Assembly (NCBI RefSeq): GCF_001194135.2
Contig: NC_068982.1
Span: forward strand, 78,809,002-78,873,001
Direction: 5' to 3'
Length of the DNA: 64,000 bases
Source: Octopus bimaculoides
Taxonomy: Eukaryota
Position 1 is the first letter of the stretch; the number at the start of each line of letters is the position of its first letter. The notes beneath the pieces were generated by a model. The model ran no database searches, was not told where the DNA came from, and was given only the letters and a program-made list of their open reading frames with translations. Shown here piece after piece: positions 38,615-52,700 of this stretch. The translations under genes and the position numbers were made by a program.

Positions 38615-40214
38615 TCATAATTTATATATTTATATAATGGGTTGTTTGTAGTAACATTAAGCTAACAATTAATTTAATTAAACAAACACATAAAGAATTA
38701 AACAGGTGTGAAAAACAATATGTAATTATATATTGTGGTTATTGGCTAAAATGTTTTACATGGTACTATTTAAAAGAATTCATCCAAATGGCATAAATAC
38801 TTTCAGTTGACCAAACACTAAGTTGAATTACATTTTTGTGGCTTTACATTTCTACACTGCCTTTGTTTCAGTTAATTTAGAAAATAATTTAGTGAAATAA
38901 CTTTGTCATTATTTATCTGGTGTTTGGAACATTAATTTCAAATTTTGATGGAAGGTTTTATTTTAGATCACTTTGAAACGGGAAATTTGTATCATAGAAC
39001 CAAGGGTGGTCTCAAGTAGTTTGGTATCGACATGGTTGACATACATCAAAATGTTCTTTTACAGTTTTTTTAAATTAAATATTCACCACCATCCCACCCT
39101 CTTTTAAAATGTGAGTAGTCATGTAGCTTCTACAGCAAGAAATCTGCCCTGCTCCAGCCTTTTCCTCTCATACTTTATTCTTCTCCACTTCTTACTCTCC
39201 TAGCATAAAGTTTCTCCACCTTGAGTTTTGTAAGCTGCATTGTGGCTTCAATACTGCTGGTGGTAAAAAAAATGTATATGTTGTAAAGTGGTTGGTATTT
39301 GGAAGGCATCCAGTCGTAGGAACCATGTCAAAGCAGACCTGGAGCACAAAGCAGTCCTTAGACTCATCAGTTTCTTTCAAACCATCCAACCCTTACCAAC
39401 ATAGACAGTGAATGTTGATGATGATGATGGATTGGTAGATATGTTAGGGCACTGAAGAAAATGTTTTTTCCAGCTTCTTGCAGTCTAAGTTCATTTCCTG
39501 CTGAAATCAACTTTGCTCTTTGTTTTTTCATTCCTCTTGGGTCTATGTGATTGACTAAATCATTCCTCTCAGATTTGCTGGTGTTGTGTCTAAATTTTCC
39601 AATTTATTTTACAATTGTCTGATATTTTGTATTTATTAAACACCCATAATGCTTTATTTTCCACTTGCTAAGCTGTTAAAATCCTTGCTGTTATTTATTT
39701 AAATGTAATTGGATATATCCCTATTTTAAGTTACACATCATGAAATACTGTAGTTCGTTGTCTCAGATTGTCTCTTTTGTAAGTGGGAGGTGGTGTGATG
39801 CTGTTAATGTTGAAGAGGAGAATGACTTTAATGCTTTTCAACTGATGTAATCAATAAGTTTACTATTTAAAAGTGATTAATTATAGAACTAATGGTGACT
39901 TTCTTCAATTATTTTTAGCTGGATTATCATGATATTCATTAGAAAAAACGAGTTTGTTTTAAATAGATTTTTCCTTAATTTCCTCTGGGGTTAGAACTGT
40001 TTTGTCTTCATTTTATTTCCAATACCAAATGAAAATGGTCAAAGTTATGTAGGAAATTGAATGCAATTATTTTTCACTGAAATATTTGTTTTTAAAAAAC
40101 AATGAAATGGATAAAGTTAGATTTCAAAACTGTATAATTAGTTTTAATCTGTATTCCTTTCATCTGAATTTTCTCAAAATTACTTATTAATGGGATGCAT
40201 TTATAAGTGCTGTT

Positions 40215-40500
40215 TAATGGACACAGGTGTGGCCAAATAGTTAAAAAGTTTACTTGTCAATCGTGGCATCCCAGGTTAACTCGCATTATGTTGGATGTAG
40301 GGCAAATGTCTTTGAGTCAGCTCAAGCCTTGTGAGGGAAACTGGGAAGGTTAAAACTATGTGGAAACCTGTTGTATGAATTGATCTGTAATTCAAAAGCT
40401 CCAACCTTGAGCATGCTGTGTTGCATGTTCCACTTGAGGGGAATGTATGTTTTTGGAGTACTCAGCCACTTAACACAGTAAATAATTGGTAGGAGTTGAG
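40215..40500 (+). mobile_element. SINE with a distinct central domain (gtaattcaaa.g...ccttg...ggagtactcagccactt)
   Basis: tRNA-like head plus a central block that recurs antisense at ~51600-51815. Confidence 0.55.
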
Positions 40501-40574
40501 TTGATCATAAAATTGAATACTTTCCATGGAAACTGCTGGAAGATCTCTTCTCTTGACGCAATCAGATTTTTGGC

Positions 40575-41065
40575 AACTTTTGTATCCATCTATTTTCTCT
40601 GTCCACTATTCCTCTGAGGGTTGTGGGTGTAGAGTCCTTGGGCACCTCTGCCATAGGGTCCTCTCTGAAGCAACTGCCATTAGACTTTCCAGATGGATTC
40701 CCAAGCATAACCAATTCAGAATATGGATATCATCCAGCCGTCTCATTCTTGGTCTACCCCTAGGTCTCCTGCCAGTTGGCTTGGCTTGAAGAATCTGTCT
40801 TGAGAGAATTTCCTGTGACATTCTAATCGCATATCTGTAGTACTGGAGCTGTGACTTTTCAATGTGGTGAGGTAGCAATTCAACCTAGAGAGACTCCCTG
40901 ATCTGTGAGCTATGCACCCTACCAAATAATTTTACTCCAGATGTCTTTCAGAGGCACCCCATTTTGTCTGCTTGTATTCACGATTGTACTCTTTCAGTCA
41001 TTATCCTACATCCACAACCATGTGTTAAAGATAAGCACTGAAACCAAATTGAAGATAGCAAGTTT
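40575..41065 (-). mobile_element. 5'-truncated RTE-clade LINE remnant (ORF2 C-terminus)
   Basis: Manual and ORF translation gives IMTERVQS*IQADKMGCL*KTSGV...IRESL*VELLPHHIEKSQLQYYRYAIRMSQEILSRQILQAKPTGRRPRGRPRMR, the RTE C-terminal GxRPRGRP motif region. Confidence 0.8.
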
Positions 41066-42329
41066 GGTTTTTTTTTTTTTTTACCAACCTCTCCTCTCCC
41101 AAAGGTCAAATACTGAATCTGGCACATTACTGTGCCAGTTTTGGCAATTCTAGCATCCAGCTCAGCCTTCTGCTTCCCGTCATCCTAAGATACTTAAACT
41201 TCTCCACTTGGCTCAAGTAGTGTTAACTCTAGTTAACCATTAATTTTGATGGTTAACTCTAGCTTATTTTCAAGGTTTTTGTTAGTAAGCAACTTTATGC
41301 AATGAAATACAAGATGTTCAATTGTCTCCTCTAAATTCTTAATACAGGAACATTGAATCTTAGATATTAATGCCAGAAAACCTTTGAGTACTATATTTGA
41401 AGTTGAGCACAGATTTATAAAGAGTAACTTTGCTATGAAAAGTGTGAGAACCTTCTTTAAAAATATACTAAAATTGTTTGGAATAGCTTAATTACTTTTT
41501 TTTTTTTTTTCATAGGATAAAACTTGTTAATCATTTTAGACCTTTATTGCTTATTCTGTTGGTGGTGTTGAAGAATAGTCATTAGGAAGTGGTGGTGGTA
41601 GTGGGGAATAATCCTTTCTGCTGTAGGCACAAGGCCCGAAACTTTGTGGGAGGAATCTAATTGGTTACATCAACCTCAATGCTTGACAAGTACTTATTTC
41701 ATCACCCTTGAAAGGCAAAGTTGACCTTGGCAGTCAGTAACAACAATAAGTTTATTTTGTGATTAATTTTGAATTGAAAAATCTTTTCACACCCATATAT
41801 AGAAAAAATGGCATACCAGGTGCTATGATCATAAGCATTTTACCATTTACAACATGGATCAACCTATCGACTTATTGCTACTGCTCTTGCATGTTTTATT
41901 TGCCTTTTGCAACCCTGCTGATGATTGGCTTACTGTGCTGTGAAACTTGTAGTTGCTTTCATATCCTGTGATCCTTAACTGTTTCTGCTTAGTGCTTTTT
42001 TTAAAGAATTTTTTTTATTCCTATTATTAGTATCTTGAACTGAATCAAATAGATACTTAAATCATTCATTTTTACATAGTTTCAGTGCTTAATTGATTTC
42101 TTGTTTAATTTGAATCTAAATTATTCTTTGTATTGCAGCACTACTTTTAAAATAATTAATGATGTTACTGATGTATTATTGATTGATGATTATTAAATTA
42201 GGTTGAGGATGGGGAATGCAAAATTTTCGCCATAAATATTGCATCACAAAGCTGCTGGGATTAATACTAAGTTGGCTGTTGAAATTTAGGATTTCATATT
42301 CACTTCCTGGTTGAGTTTCATGGAATGAG

Positions 42330-42384
<55 letters not shown>

Positions 42385-45300
42385 CGTGCGTGCGTGTGTC
42401 TGTGTCCGGTAGTCATTGTGTTTCTTTCCATGAATCATTTCCCAATATTTATGTTATCATATTACAAACCATTCATCATCTCCAATTGAATATTAATCCA
42501 CCCAACTTGAAAGTCAAAGTCAGAAAATATTATATTTCTCTGCTATTCTACTTTGCTTGAATGCAGAGAAGGAAAAAAAATATCCCTTGCACTCCTCCAA
42601 AATTACTCTTACACTTCACTCCAAATCCAGCAATGAGCTTTGATATTTTGTCATCCTTGAAACTGTTTCCACTTCATAAAATTTTGAACAAGTTTTTTGT
42701 TTTCCCATTAGTGATAAATACAAGATCAAATGCTATGTTAGGGTAACACTTTGGCTTTTGCTGAAGAAGATGTTGCAATATTATGGTGGAAAAGTAGTTT
42801 TGTTGGACAGTAAGCAGTAGGTTCCAGAAATGATCTATTTATGGTTAAAAATCATCCCTTGACACTGATATTGTTTGTGGTATTTCAGTTGCTGTTCTGT
42901 GGTGGCTTGCTTGATGTTTTGCTTACCATATTTTCTTACAATTCTGCTTTAAGCTTTTCATCTATTATACACCCAAGTAAGAGTCCACATAACAAACATT
43001 TATATACATGCATATAATTTCCAATTTTCACAAATGTTGCCGCATTTTTCGATAAACTTTTTCAATTGCCCCATTTCTTGTACATTTTTGTCAATATCTC
43101 TGTTTTCAAGATTCATTTTCTTCACTTTTTCATTTCATTTGATCTCAATACCTGTTTCGCTATTTTTACCTTTTTTTAATATTTTATTTTATAATGCATC
43201 CACAATTACTCATCATTTCAACTTCTGACTTTTTTCCCTCTTTTCTTCAAAGTATTCTTTCTTTCTCTATAATCTCCTTATATTCAACTTTAACAACAAA
43301 TTAGTTTAATCATCATGCTGAATGATATAATTGGTAAAATGCTTGTTTTTACTAATCAGGTATATTTTCAATATGTTTTTTTTTAGTTGTCTTTTTTTTT
43401 GTTGTCATTTTTATCCATTCATCATTTTTGATTCTTTTCGAGAGTCCTTTATTTTCACCTGTTGCTAGTCTAAATATTTTAACAAACATTTATTTGCAGG
43501 TTCCATCTTTCTTTTTCTAGTATTGAATCTTCAGAAATATGGTTCCTTATTCATTCACAAAAAAATATTTTAGTTTTATTTATTTATATTTTTCTTTTGC
43601 TAGTCATTTTTTTCTGTCTTTTCCAACCACCTTCTCAGAAATGAACTAATTACTATAAATAGGTGGGAAGATATTGAAATCATTTATTATTGTAGTTATA
43701 TATTTAAAATGAGATTAAATAATAAATTTATTTATAAACATGATAATTCTCAATTATTCATTGATGTAAATTCATCTTATTCCTAAAGAAAATAATGTTC
43801 ATTTCCTGTCGTACAATTTCATTGATTCAGAAAGATATCACTGGGATCAGTTATTTCCCTTGCTACAGTTAACTGATATTGTTATATTTAGCTCTACAAT
43901 GATAGGATTAGATTGGTTTGATAACACAGTTACACATGTACACACAACATATGTTTGCATACACTGGAAGAGCACACAGCATTCATTAATAAGCTGATAT
44001 AGAATGTAATCTATAATAATAGGAATTGTTTGAAAAGTTTAAGATAAAAATACCGTTATCAACAATTAATGTCCATTTTCCATGCTGGCATGGGTTGGAT
44101 AGTTTCACAGGATCCATTGAACTACAGAGCTGCATCAGGCTCTAATGTCAGGTTTGGCATGGTCTTTATGGCTAGATGCCTCTCCTGGTGCCACCCACTA
44201 CAGTGTGTGCTGGGATCTATTTCATGACACTGGCATCAGTGAAGTTGCCAAATAGCTTGCAAGTAAAGAAAGGAAAAGCAAAAAGCCCTCTCAATTGAAT
44301 GGGAATGTATTTGAGAGTGGTGGAGGTGGCTTTGTCCCAGATGTTGAGAGGCCAAAGTATGACAGATGGACAAACACAGGTGTCTTGTTATATAAGAGAT
44401 ACATGGTGACCCTGTATTTTGTGAAGGTGGGTGTATAATAGACTAAAGCTATATACTTGATTCACAGAAACTAAATACATTGTAGTAGTAACACATCTGG
44501 TAAACAATATAAAAGTGAGATACAGCCTGTAGTCACTCCATAAACAGTACTATATTCAAGTTAACCTTCATTTCATAAGGTACATTGTCATATCTATATC
44601 CACATGGAGGATTTTACAATGTGCTTATTGAGAGAATAGGAGCATAATCCTAATTTTAAATATCTGTATTTTCTTTGAAGAACAATTCTATTTCTAAGCA
44701 GTAATTGAATGATATTTTTCCATAGATAACTCAACAATAGGCATTTGACTTAACTTGTCGAAACCCCAATAAATAATATGAAGCTTATTTGTATTCTTGG
44801 TTGCCAAGTTGGTGTACTGGGTAATAAGTTTAGGCTCTTGCTAAGAATATTGTTATGTCTGATCCTTATCAAATCCACACATAAACATATTTATTCAGTT
44901 CTAAAGGTACTTTACTCCAACAATATGTAGGCAAATATCCACAGCTGAATCTTAGACTGCATCTATGTTACTTTGGGACAGTGTGTAAAGACTAAAATAG
45001 TGAATGTTTAGACACACTGTACAGTCTATATGTAGTGTTATGGCTAGATGCCTCTCCTGATGCCAACCACTACAGTGTGTGCTGGGAGCTTTTTCAGGAC
45101 ACTGGTATCAGTGAAGTTGCCACATAACTTGCAAGTAAACTTGCATACACAGGCATGCTCATACACACACATTCACATAGTGAGAGATATTTTAGAAGTC
45201 ATTAATCCAGTAGTAAAGAAAAAAAAAGGAATTTCCTTCTGAAACTTAGGTCATTAATCTATTCCAAGGATAGTTGATTTTTTTCTCTCAAAGATTTCTG

Positions 45301-46679
45301 AATGATTAAGTTAATTTTGGAAAGCATATGAAGTTAATAGAAAGTTTCATTTAATCTTAGTATTTAATAAATAAAATTGAAAATATTTAATATGTTAATA
45401 TTTAGCTACATTTTTTTTCTTTTTGATACAATTGAAATTCAAGTCTAAGGTCACATGTAACAAACATAAAAAAAATGTTTTCGTGTGCTTGTGTGTTCCT
45501 GAATTATTTTTGTTTTCAAGAAGAGGAATAATCAACCAGCTCTGATGTTAGTTGATTATTGAAATATATAATTATATTGGAGATATAAATATATATATAT
45601 AAAAAAAATCTGGCATGATTTTGGCAGTTAATTTCTTATTAGAATTGCATCCTGTTGGTGGATATGAGGAATTTAGCTGCTACACAAAGCAAGTGAAACA
45701 ATTACACAATAACTGTTTTATTTTATAAATATTATTATTATTATTTAAGATGATGGGAAGATTTAATGCGCATATTCATAACATTTCAGTATTTGGTTCT
45801 TGATTTCATGAATACAAAAATCAAATATTTTTATGTTTTTGTTGGTTCTACCAATTCCAATATTTGTATGACTTGTTGGACTGGGTATTTTTTTAGCTGG
45901 ACTCATCAAAAACTAAAACTGTAAATCCTACAGGTTAATGTCTATGTACTTCCTTTTTAATTGGGAACCTGAAAAGTAAATAACACGTCTTTGTCTTGTG
46001 TAGTTGTTTGAACTCTTAGCCTCTGGGTTGGTACCCCCACATCAATCAGTCATTAAACTGTTTTCTTTTGTAAAACAAAATCTTATTGAAATCTTGCAGC
46101 CTTTTTAGACTAGGCTGTTCTAGAGTAATTCATTGATTTATACAAAGCAGTAGGGGAGAGAGACATGTTTTTTTTTTCAATATTTCTTATATTGAATGTT
46201 AGAACATATATAAAAAACAGCACAGTGTTTCTGTGAAGGTTGGTTTGGAAAGACTAAAAAGTTCTGCAACTTTATTCATTTATTCACTGTTTTAATATCG
46301 AAACTAATTTGCTGCTTCGGATATTAGAAGATGCACGAAACTGAGCTNNNNNNNNNNNNNNNNNNNNNNNNNNNNNNNNNNNNNNNNNNNNNNNNNNNNN
46401 NNNNNNNNNNNNNNNNNNNNNNNNNNNNNNNNNNNNNNNNNNNNNNNNNNNNNNNNNNNNNNNNNNNNNNNNNNNNNNNNNNNNNNNNNNNNNNNNNNNN
46501 NNNNNNNNNNNNNNNNNNNNNNNNNNNNNNNNNNNNNNNNNNNNNNNNNNNNNNNNNNNNNNNNNNNNNNNNNNNNNNNNNNNNNNNNNNNNNNNNNNNN
46601 NNNNNNNNNNNNNNNNNNNNNNNNNNNNNNNNNNNNNNNNNNNNNNNNNNNNNNNNNNNNNNNNNNNNNNNNNNNNNNN

Positions 46680-46710
<31 letters not shown>

Positions 46711-48922
46711 TTTAATTTCTTTCAAAATCTGCTGGGTTTGACCCTTCTTTAAATTCTATTTTTATTTGTGTCTATTATCATTGCTCTAGATATGACAATA
46801 TAATTTTCCTGATAATTTTTAAGAAGGGATTTAAGTAGACTGATACCCCCAAATTAAAATCTGATATGTAGCTGCCACATTGTTTCATATTCCACAAACT
46901 TTTTCAGATTTTTATGCTATGAAATAATTCTATTAAATATTTCAAATTATTTCAGAAAGTTTTGTGTAGTCAACAAGCTTAGATGATGTTAAAGGATTTG
47001 AAAGAACTACTACTTATCACATTATGTATAAATTCAAAGCTGATGATTAATTTTGTTGCTACTTAAGTAGTGAACCATCAGCTTCAATTGGTTTACTGAA
47101 TTCTACAACATGTACTGAGTACATTTTTAACCATGTGTACATCTAGATGTGTGCATTTCTTACTGTTTCTATTTGCCATTCTCAGTGGATAATTTAGATT
47201 ATAGATTATCCATTCTAGTTTGATGTCTTTGCTAACATCTTGACATTTAATGGAAATTACTTAATCAACTGGGTTTCTAGTTTTCATTATGATTAATCAT
47301 ATTTTATATAATTTCATCAGTATAGTATTTTTTTAAAAATATTTTTATCTGACAAACAAGGTATTTAACAATATTCATATGTTCTTTGTGTCTTCTTTAA
47401 ACTAGTTTTTATCAAATTCTGTCTTGTACCATCTACTTTCAGCATCTTTGTCTTTCATCGTTCATTTATTTTTCTGTTACTTTTATAATTTCCTCAGCCA
47501 TTTTCTCACTCATTATCAAGTATTTTGATTGAAGATCCACAAAATTGTATTCAGATTAGAGTTTTTCTTTTTCAATTTCTAGATTATTGATTCTTCCTGG
47601 CCTGTTATCATGGCACATATTACGTCTACTTCACACAGCCTGCCTATAATTGAAGGAAACATTAATGTTTATGCAGGGGCAGAATTTCATTAAAATTTTT
47701 GCACCAATCCCTAACTATAGCTCTAAACAAATTATTTGATTATGATCCTTAATTATCAAAACTTACTGCAAGCCATGTTGATTTTACTATTTAATGTTAG
47801 CAAATAGTAGTAGTAGTCATAATAATAATAATAATAATGTCTCTTTTGGAAAGCTAAACATTTTGTACATTCATTCATATTAGATGGCCCACTTTTTAAA
47901 AGTATTTTTTTTCTTCTTCGTTGTCCTCCTGTCATTGTATTGGCCTATTTTAAATGAAGCCCCTTTCAATTAACCAAAATGTTTTTTATGGAGGTGAAGA
48001 GGTCTCCTATAGTTTATCAAATAGATGAACAGTTTTCATTTTGGTTGGCTTTTCTTCATCATTATAATCATCACTTCAATAGTCCAGATTGTGTATCTAC
48101 ATCACCATTATTCTAATTTCTTCATTTTATTAACAAATATGATGGTCGGTGGTAATTACCTACTGTCATTTCACATACCCTCACATACATACACATAAAC
48201 TGTAACTGTTTTTTCAAGATTTAGAAATACTATGTATTTGATCTAAACATCCCAGCATAATCAAGGTATCAGTATTTGCAATCTTCCAAGGAAGAAAAAA
48301 AAAATATTGAAAATATCAGGATTATGACCATTTGTAAAACTTATTTTTCCTTCTCATTGCCATACTAAATGTGGTCATCCAACATAGCTTTAACTGTAAT
48401 ACCTTAAACAAACTAAAGAACTAGCAAATATATCATTTAATGGTTTTATTTCTTTTTTTTTCATATAGTGAAGGTGGTAGGATTGTAAAATTACCCTATA
48501 GATAATTATCTTTTTTGCTATCCTCTGTAGTATGGTTAGTGTTAGGAAGTGTATCTAGCTATGTATGAAGTGTGAATGCTTACACATGCATACATATACC
48601 TACACATTCATGTGTGTGTGTGAAAGTTGATCTCAAAGACAGTGAGCCTTATGAAGGAGATGACAAAAGACCAAGATATTTGGCACCTTGCTGTACTCTA
48701 GAAGACCCATCCACCACAGAAGAATTGATACCTGTGCTGGTGCCATGTAAAAAGCACCCAATGCACTTTGTAAAGTGTTTGGCATTTATGAAGGGCATCT
48801 AGCCATAGAAACCATGCCAGAACAGACAATGGAGGCTGGTGCCTTACCAGCTCCTTCCAACCCATGCCAGCATGGAAAATGGATATTAAATGATGATTTG
48901 TACATGCACACACACTTAGCTA

Positions 48923-50070
48923 CAGGGTGCAGACAGTATTTATTTACATAATGACTGTCACAGGAAAAAATAAAGCTGTGTTTTTTGTTATATTTGTCAA
49001 ATTTGGGTCAGTTTGTCTTCATCAAATGTTCTGTCAACTACACTTGATGAATCTATCTTTGACCTTGATGACAGCCTCCAAGCAACCTCGAAATTGACCA
49101 CAGGCCTTTGTCATTATCTCCACTTTTAGACCCCTGAAAGTCCTGGTAATCTTGGCCTTCGGCTTGTCTTTTGTGTTGCAGCTGGATTTGTTGGTCTCTT
49201 GTTCTACTGCATCCCACACAAAAAAAGTCAAGGGGGTTGCAGTCAAGTGTGTTGGGAGGCCAAATGTCAGGTACTGTGCGATTGAAGAAATTCTTTGACA
49301 GCCAGGCCTGGGTCTTCTGACTGGTGTGGCAGCGCACAGAGTTTTGCTGCCACATGTATAGCAACCCCAAAGTTACCCAACTGAACAGGGCTTCACTACC
49401 TTGCTCAGAACATTGATGTAGCTATCTGTGTTTAGTCTGAGGCTCTCATAGGATAACATGATGTCACCTTCACTGCTGACGACACTGAAAACACTAATTG
49501 TTTGCATGACTCTGGGCGTGTCTTTGGATGAAACAGCAAATTACCTGTTGTCCTGAGAATTGATCTTCTGGTCTTGGCAGAAATTCTTCTCGCTGGAGAA
49601 GAACCACAGCGTGTCTGGCTCCAGTGGGTGTTTCAGCATACTGAATAGCTTCTTGGTGTGCTTGACTCGTTTTTCCTGCATCACCTTGGACAGGGATTGT
49701 CCCATCCTCATTTTGTATGAAAAGTAGCAAATGTTCTCATGCACCACCAGCCTATAAACCTTTCATCTATGCCTTTCTCCTGCCAATGGCTGGTATCAAC
49801 TTGCTGGGATCATCGTTGATGATCTGAATTTCAGCAGCAAATTCTGGCATCCTGATGACGTTAGATCATCAGTCATAGGTTTTCCTCTCTGCTATCACCT
49901 TGTAGTCAAATCCTGAATCTTCCAGTTCTTTGACCTTTTCCACCATCTTTCTGCTGGTGTTGAGGAAGTCTGAAATCTCCTTGTTTGTCCTTCCAGTACA
50001 GATTCCATGAAAGACTCCATACCTCTTCCACAAATTGGGGATTCAAAATTTTCCATAGTCAATTATTTTG
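48923..50070 (-). mobile_element. Decayed maT (DD37D)-type element; right end not defined
   Basis: ORFs 49541-49747 (HPLEPDTLWFFSSEKNFCQDQKINSQDNR), 49053-49370 (WQQNSVRCHTSQKTQAW...WPPNTLDCNPLDFF; 37 residues between the QQ[D>N] position and the last D) and 49034-49246. Left terminus ta|cagggtgcag. Confidence 0.85.
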
Positions 50071-50715
50071 CAAAAAAAAAAAAGCAAAAATGGTTATTCT
50101 TTTTAAGAAGTAAAAGACTGGCAATGAAAGTAAAAACGAAATACGTGTTAAATTAGCAGTTGTAAATTGCAAGCAAATGCAAACAAACATATAATTATAG
50201 CTATTTATGCCTGGAATAAATGAATGTTTGTTAAAACCAACCAGTGTTTCTACTCATCTTAGAATTCTATAGGTAAAATATTGTCATGTGCTGTACATGT
50301 GGTATTTGAAGACGGAATGAGTTTTGTTATTTCTGTTTGGTAAAGGATCTAAACTTGACTGCAAACACCTTTTAAAAAAAGATACTACCAATGCATTACA
50401 GCTGGAGAGAGAGTAATAGAAAATCTACCACCTCACTTTCAGTATGTTTGGGAGCTAAAACACTCTCAATATAATTGAACATCTTGTGGAAGATGTTACC
50501 AAAAGCCAAACCAAACAACCATATTTAGAGACTGTCAGTTATGTACATCAGAGAAATTTCTGATGTTATTTGCTAAAGATCCCTTACTAAACAGAAATCT
50601 TGCAGGCTCTGAGAATATACCCACTTTTTAAACATATGCCCTTCTTGAATAGGTAGATCTCCTTGATGGTTTAGTCAATGTTTGTTTATTAAGCCATCAA
50701 GATATATGTTTACTT

Positions 50716-50761
<46 letters not shown>

Positions 50762-51825
50762 ATGCATGCATGCATGCGTGCGCACCCACCGACACAGCAT
50801 TTCCAAAGTAGCTTTAGCATTATTATATTTTGCTAACAACTGAGCTCAGGTGAGTTTCTTAATGTATGTCCTTGTCTTTCTATTCCTCTCTCATAGTGCT
50901 TCACCACAGCCATCACCCCTCATGCCATACCATTCATTAAGTATCCCACCTTCACTCTGTTGACTGCCAAAACTCAGGGATTCCAGAATGGCTGATGTAA
51001 TACCGTGCTACTCATATTGCCATCCATCTGGACTAACCCTAGTTACTTGAACAGGATTATCTTTTTATTGTCTCATTTTTTAAAAATTTGATTATTCCTT
51101 TGTTTTAACAAAGACATTTTTTTCCAAAATATATAAGTGTATGTGTGTGCATATGCTCACATCATCAAATTCACAATGAAACACAAAATAAAATTTTATA
51201 TATTTAAATGCTGAAGGGACTTCTAGCTCATCCTCCATGTGCACAAGCTCTATGTGTGTGTATGTGCATATGGATGTGTATATCTGTTAGCATAAAGCTG
51301 CCTCCCTTGAGACTCACAGTCTTACTAGCTGCATGGTAACCTTGCTAGCATTGGTGCTACAAAAGCAAAAAGCACCTGATACTTGCTGTATAGTGGTTGA
51401 TACTAGGAAGGGCATCCAGCCATGGAAACTACACCAATGCAGATATTGGAGCACAGTGCAGTTTTTGAGCCTGTCAGGTCTTGTCAAACTGTCCAACCCA
51501 TGGCAGCATGGGACATGGACTCTGATGATGATGATAAATATGAATTTCTATTGGTTTCAACAGCCACAATACAGTTGTTCAATCAATACTATGTTACCTG
51601 CTCATGAAATTAGTGATGTAACTGGCTGTGTATTCCACAAACTTATGTAACTTCACAGTAATTTTCAAGCAGAATCAGTGTGACATAGTGTATGACAAGG
51701 CTGTACCTTTGAATTACAGGTACAAACCATTCAAAAGTGATTGGTTGACCTAAGACTGCAGTAAAATAACATTTTCCCCAAATAGCTGCCACTTGGATCA
51801 AACCCAAGTTCTCATTGTTATAAAG

Positions 51826-52003
51826 CAGTGCTCCAAAACCAGTATGCTGCGGCACACTGGTGTGCCATGAGACGATGCTAGGTGTGCCACAGTGTAACCT
51901 GAAGATAATTTTTTCCCCCTATACTTTTAATTATATTTTTAGTTCAGGTGTGCTGCTAAATTTTGAAAAGAATATAAGTGTACCGGATGGATGCAGAGCA
52001 CTG
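51826..52003. mobile_element. hAT-type MITE, 178 bp, with a perfect 8-bp TSD
   Basis: Termini cagtgctc...gagcactg. Identical ttataaag at 51818-51825 and 52004-52011. Internal gtgtgcc/ggcacac subterminal motifs. Confidence 0.88.
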
Positions 52004-52029
52004 TTATAAAGGGAGTACTGAACTCTTTG

Positions 52030-52700
52030 GCTGTGTTCTGAGTATGTGTGGGGAAATTTGAGTGGCCCATAAATACAATGCAACCTAATGTACATGACAT
52101 GCTCCAAACTTCAACTTTCTCATCTGTCTCTCAGATAGAGCATCATTGTCAGCATAGTTGGTTTCAGTCTTGTGTAGGGAATAAAAAGGAACACCATGCT
52201 CTTGGCTTTGGCCACTTTCCATAGCAATTCAAAGATTGCTAGCTTTTTGAAAATGGTTGGGTCTTTCATGTTCCAGATTGGAAAAAAAAAACTGGAGGTC
52301 ACTTGTGTGAATGTAGTATCTGCAGCCAAGAGAAAGAAACTATCTCAGCAATGTGATGTCAGTTATCAGGATGGTTCAGTCTGTCAAGGTAGGTTAAGGA
52401 CATCATTGGTGATAAATCCAGCTGAAGGTGGGATGGTAGAGTCCACTATCTGACTGGTACTGCATATTGACATCAGCTACAAGTTCTGTGATGAGAATAC
52501 TATTCATATTTATCAATAACAGGAAGAATCATGTAATCATGTGATTTGCTAGCTCTTTCAATTTGAAATCCAGTGGTCAGGGTACTCACTGAAATGAGTT
52601 TAAAGGGCAGTACAAGCAGGGGTCACTTAATCTGTGGATGCAGTTTTATCTGTGACTGAACCAAGACAGTCATTAAGGTTGAGGACAGTTTGTTGAATGA
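52030..52700 (-). mobile_element. Possible decayed LINE reverse-transcriptase remnant
   Basis: Broken frames give TDITLL (YADDITLL-like), KVAKAKSMVF and KVEVWSMSCTLGCIV (VxxFxYLGSxI-like). Weak evidence. Confidence 0.3.

Noticed and set aside
39880-39930. RTNGD as a trace of the VVSSTNGE exon
   Set aside because: Only three residues match, the context is AT-rich, an early stop follows, and there is no credible acceptor in the right phase.
41915-42045. Box C/D snoRNA candidate (TGATGA)
   Set aside because: There is no CTGA box D at a suitable distance with a terminal stem; TGATGA is abundant here because of (GAT)n tails.
52326-52388. 63-nt AG...AAG|gtaggt segment containing GSV.Q, as a possible CK1 gamma tail exon
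   Set aside because: The acceptor has almost no polypyrimidine tract. The DGSVCQ reading is phase 1 whereas the upstream donor is phase 0. The phase-0 reading (PRERNYLSNVMSVIRMVQSVK) has no resemblance to CK1 gamma, and the segment lies in a probable antisense LINE remnant.
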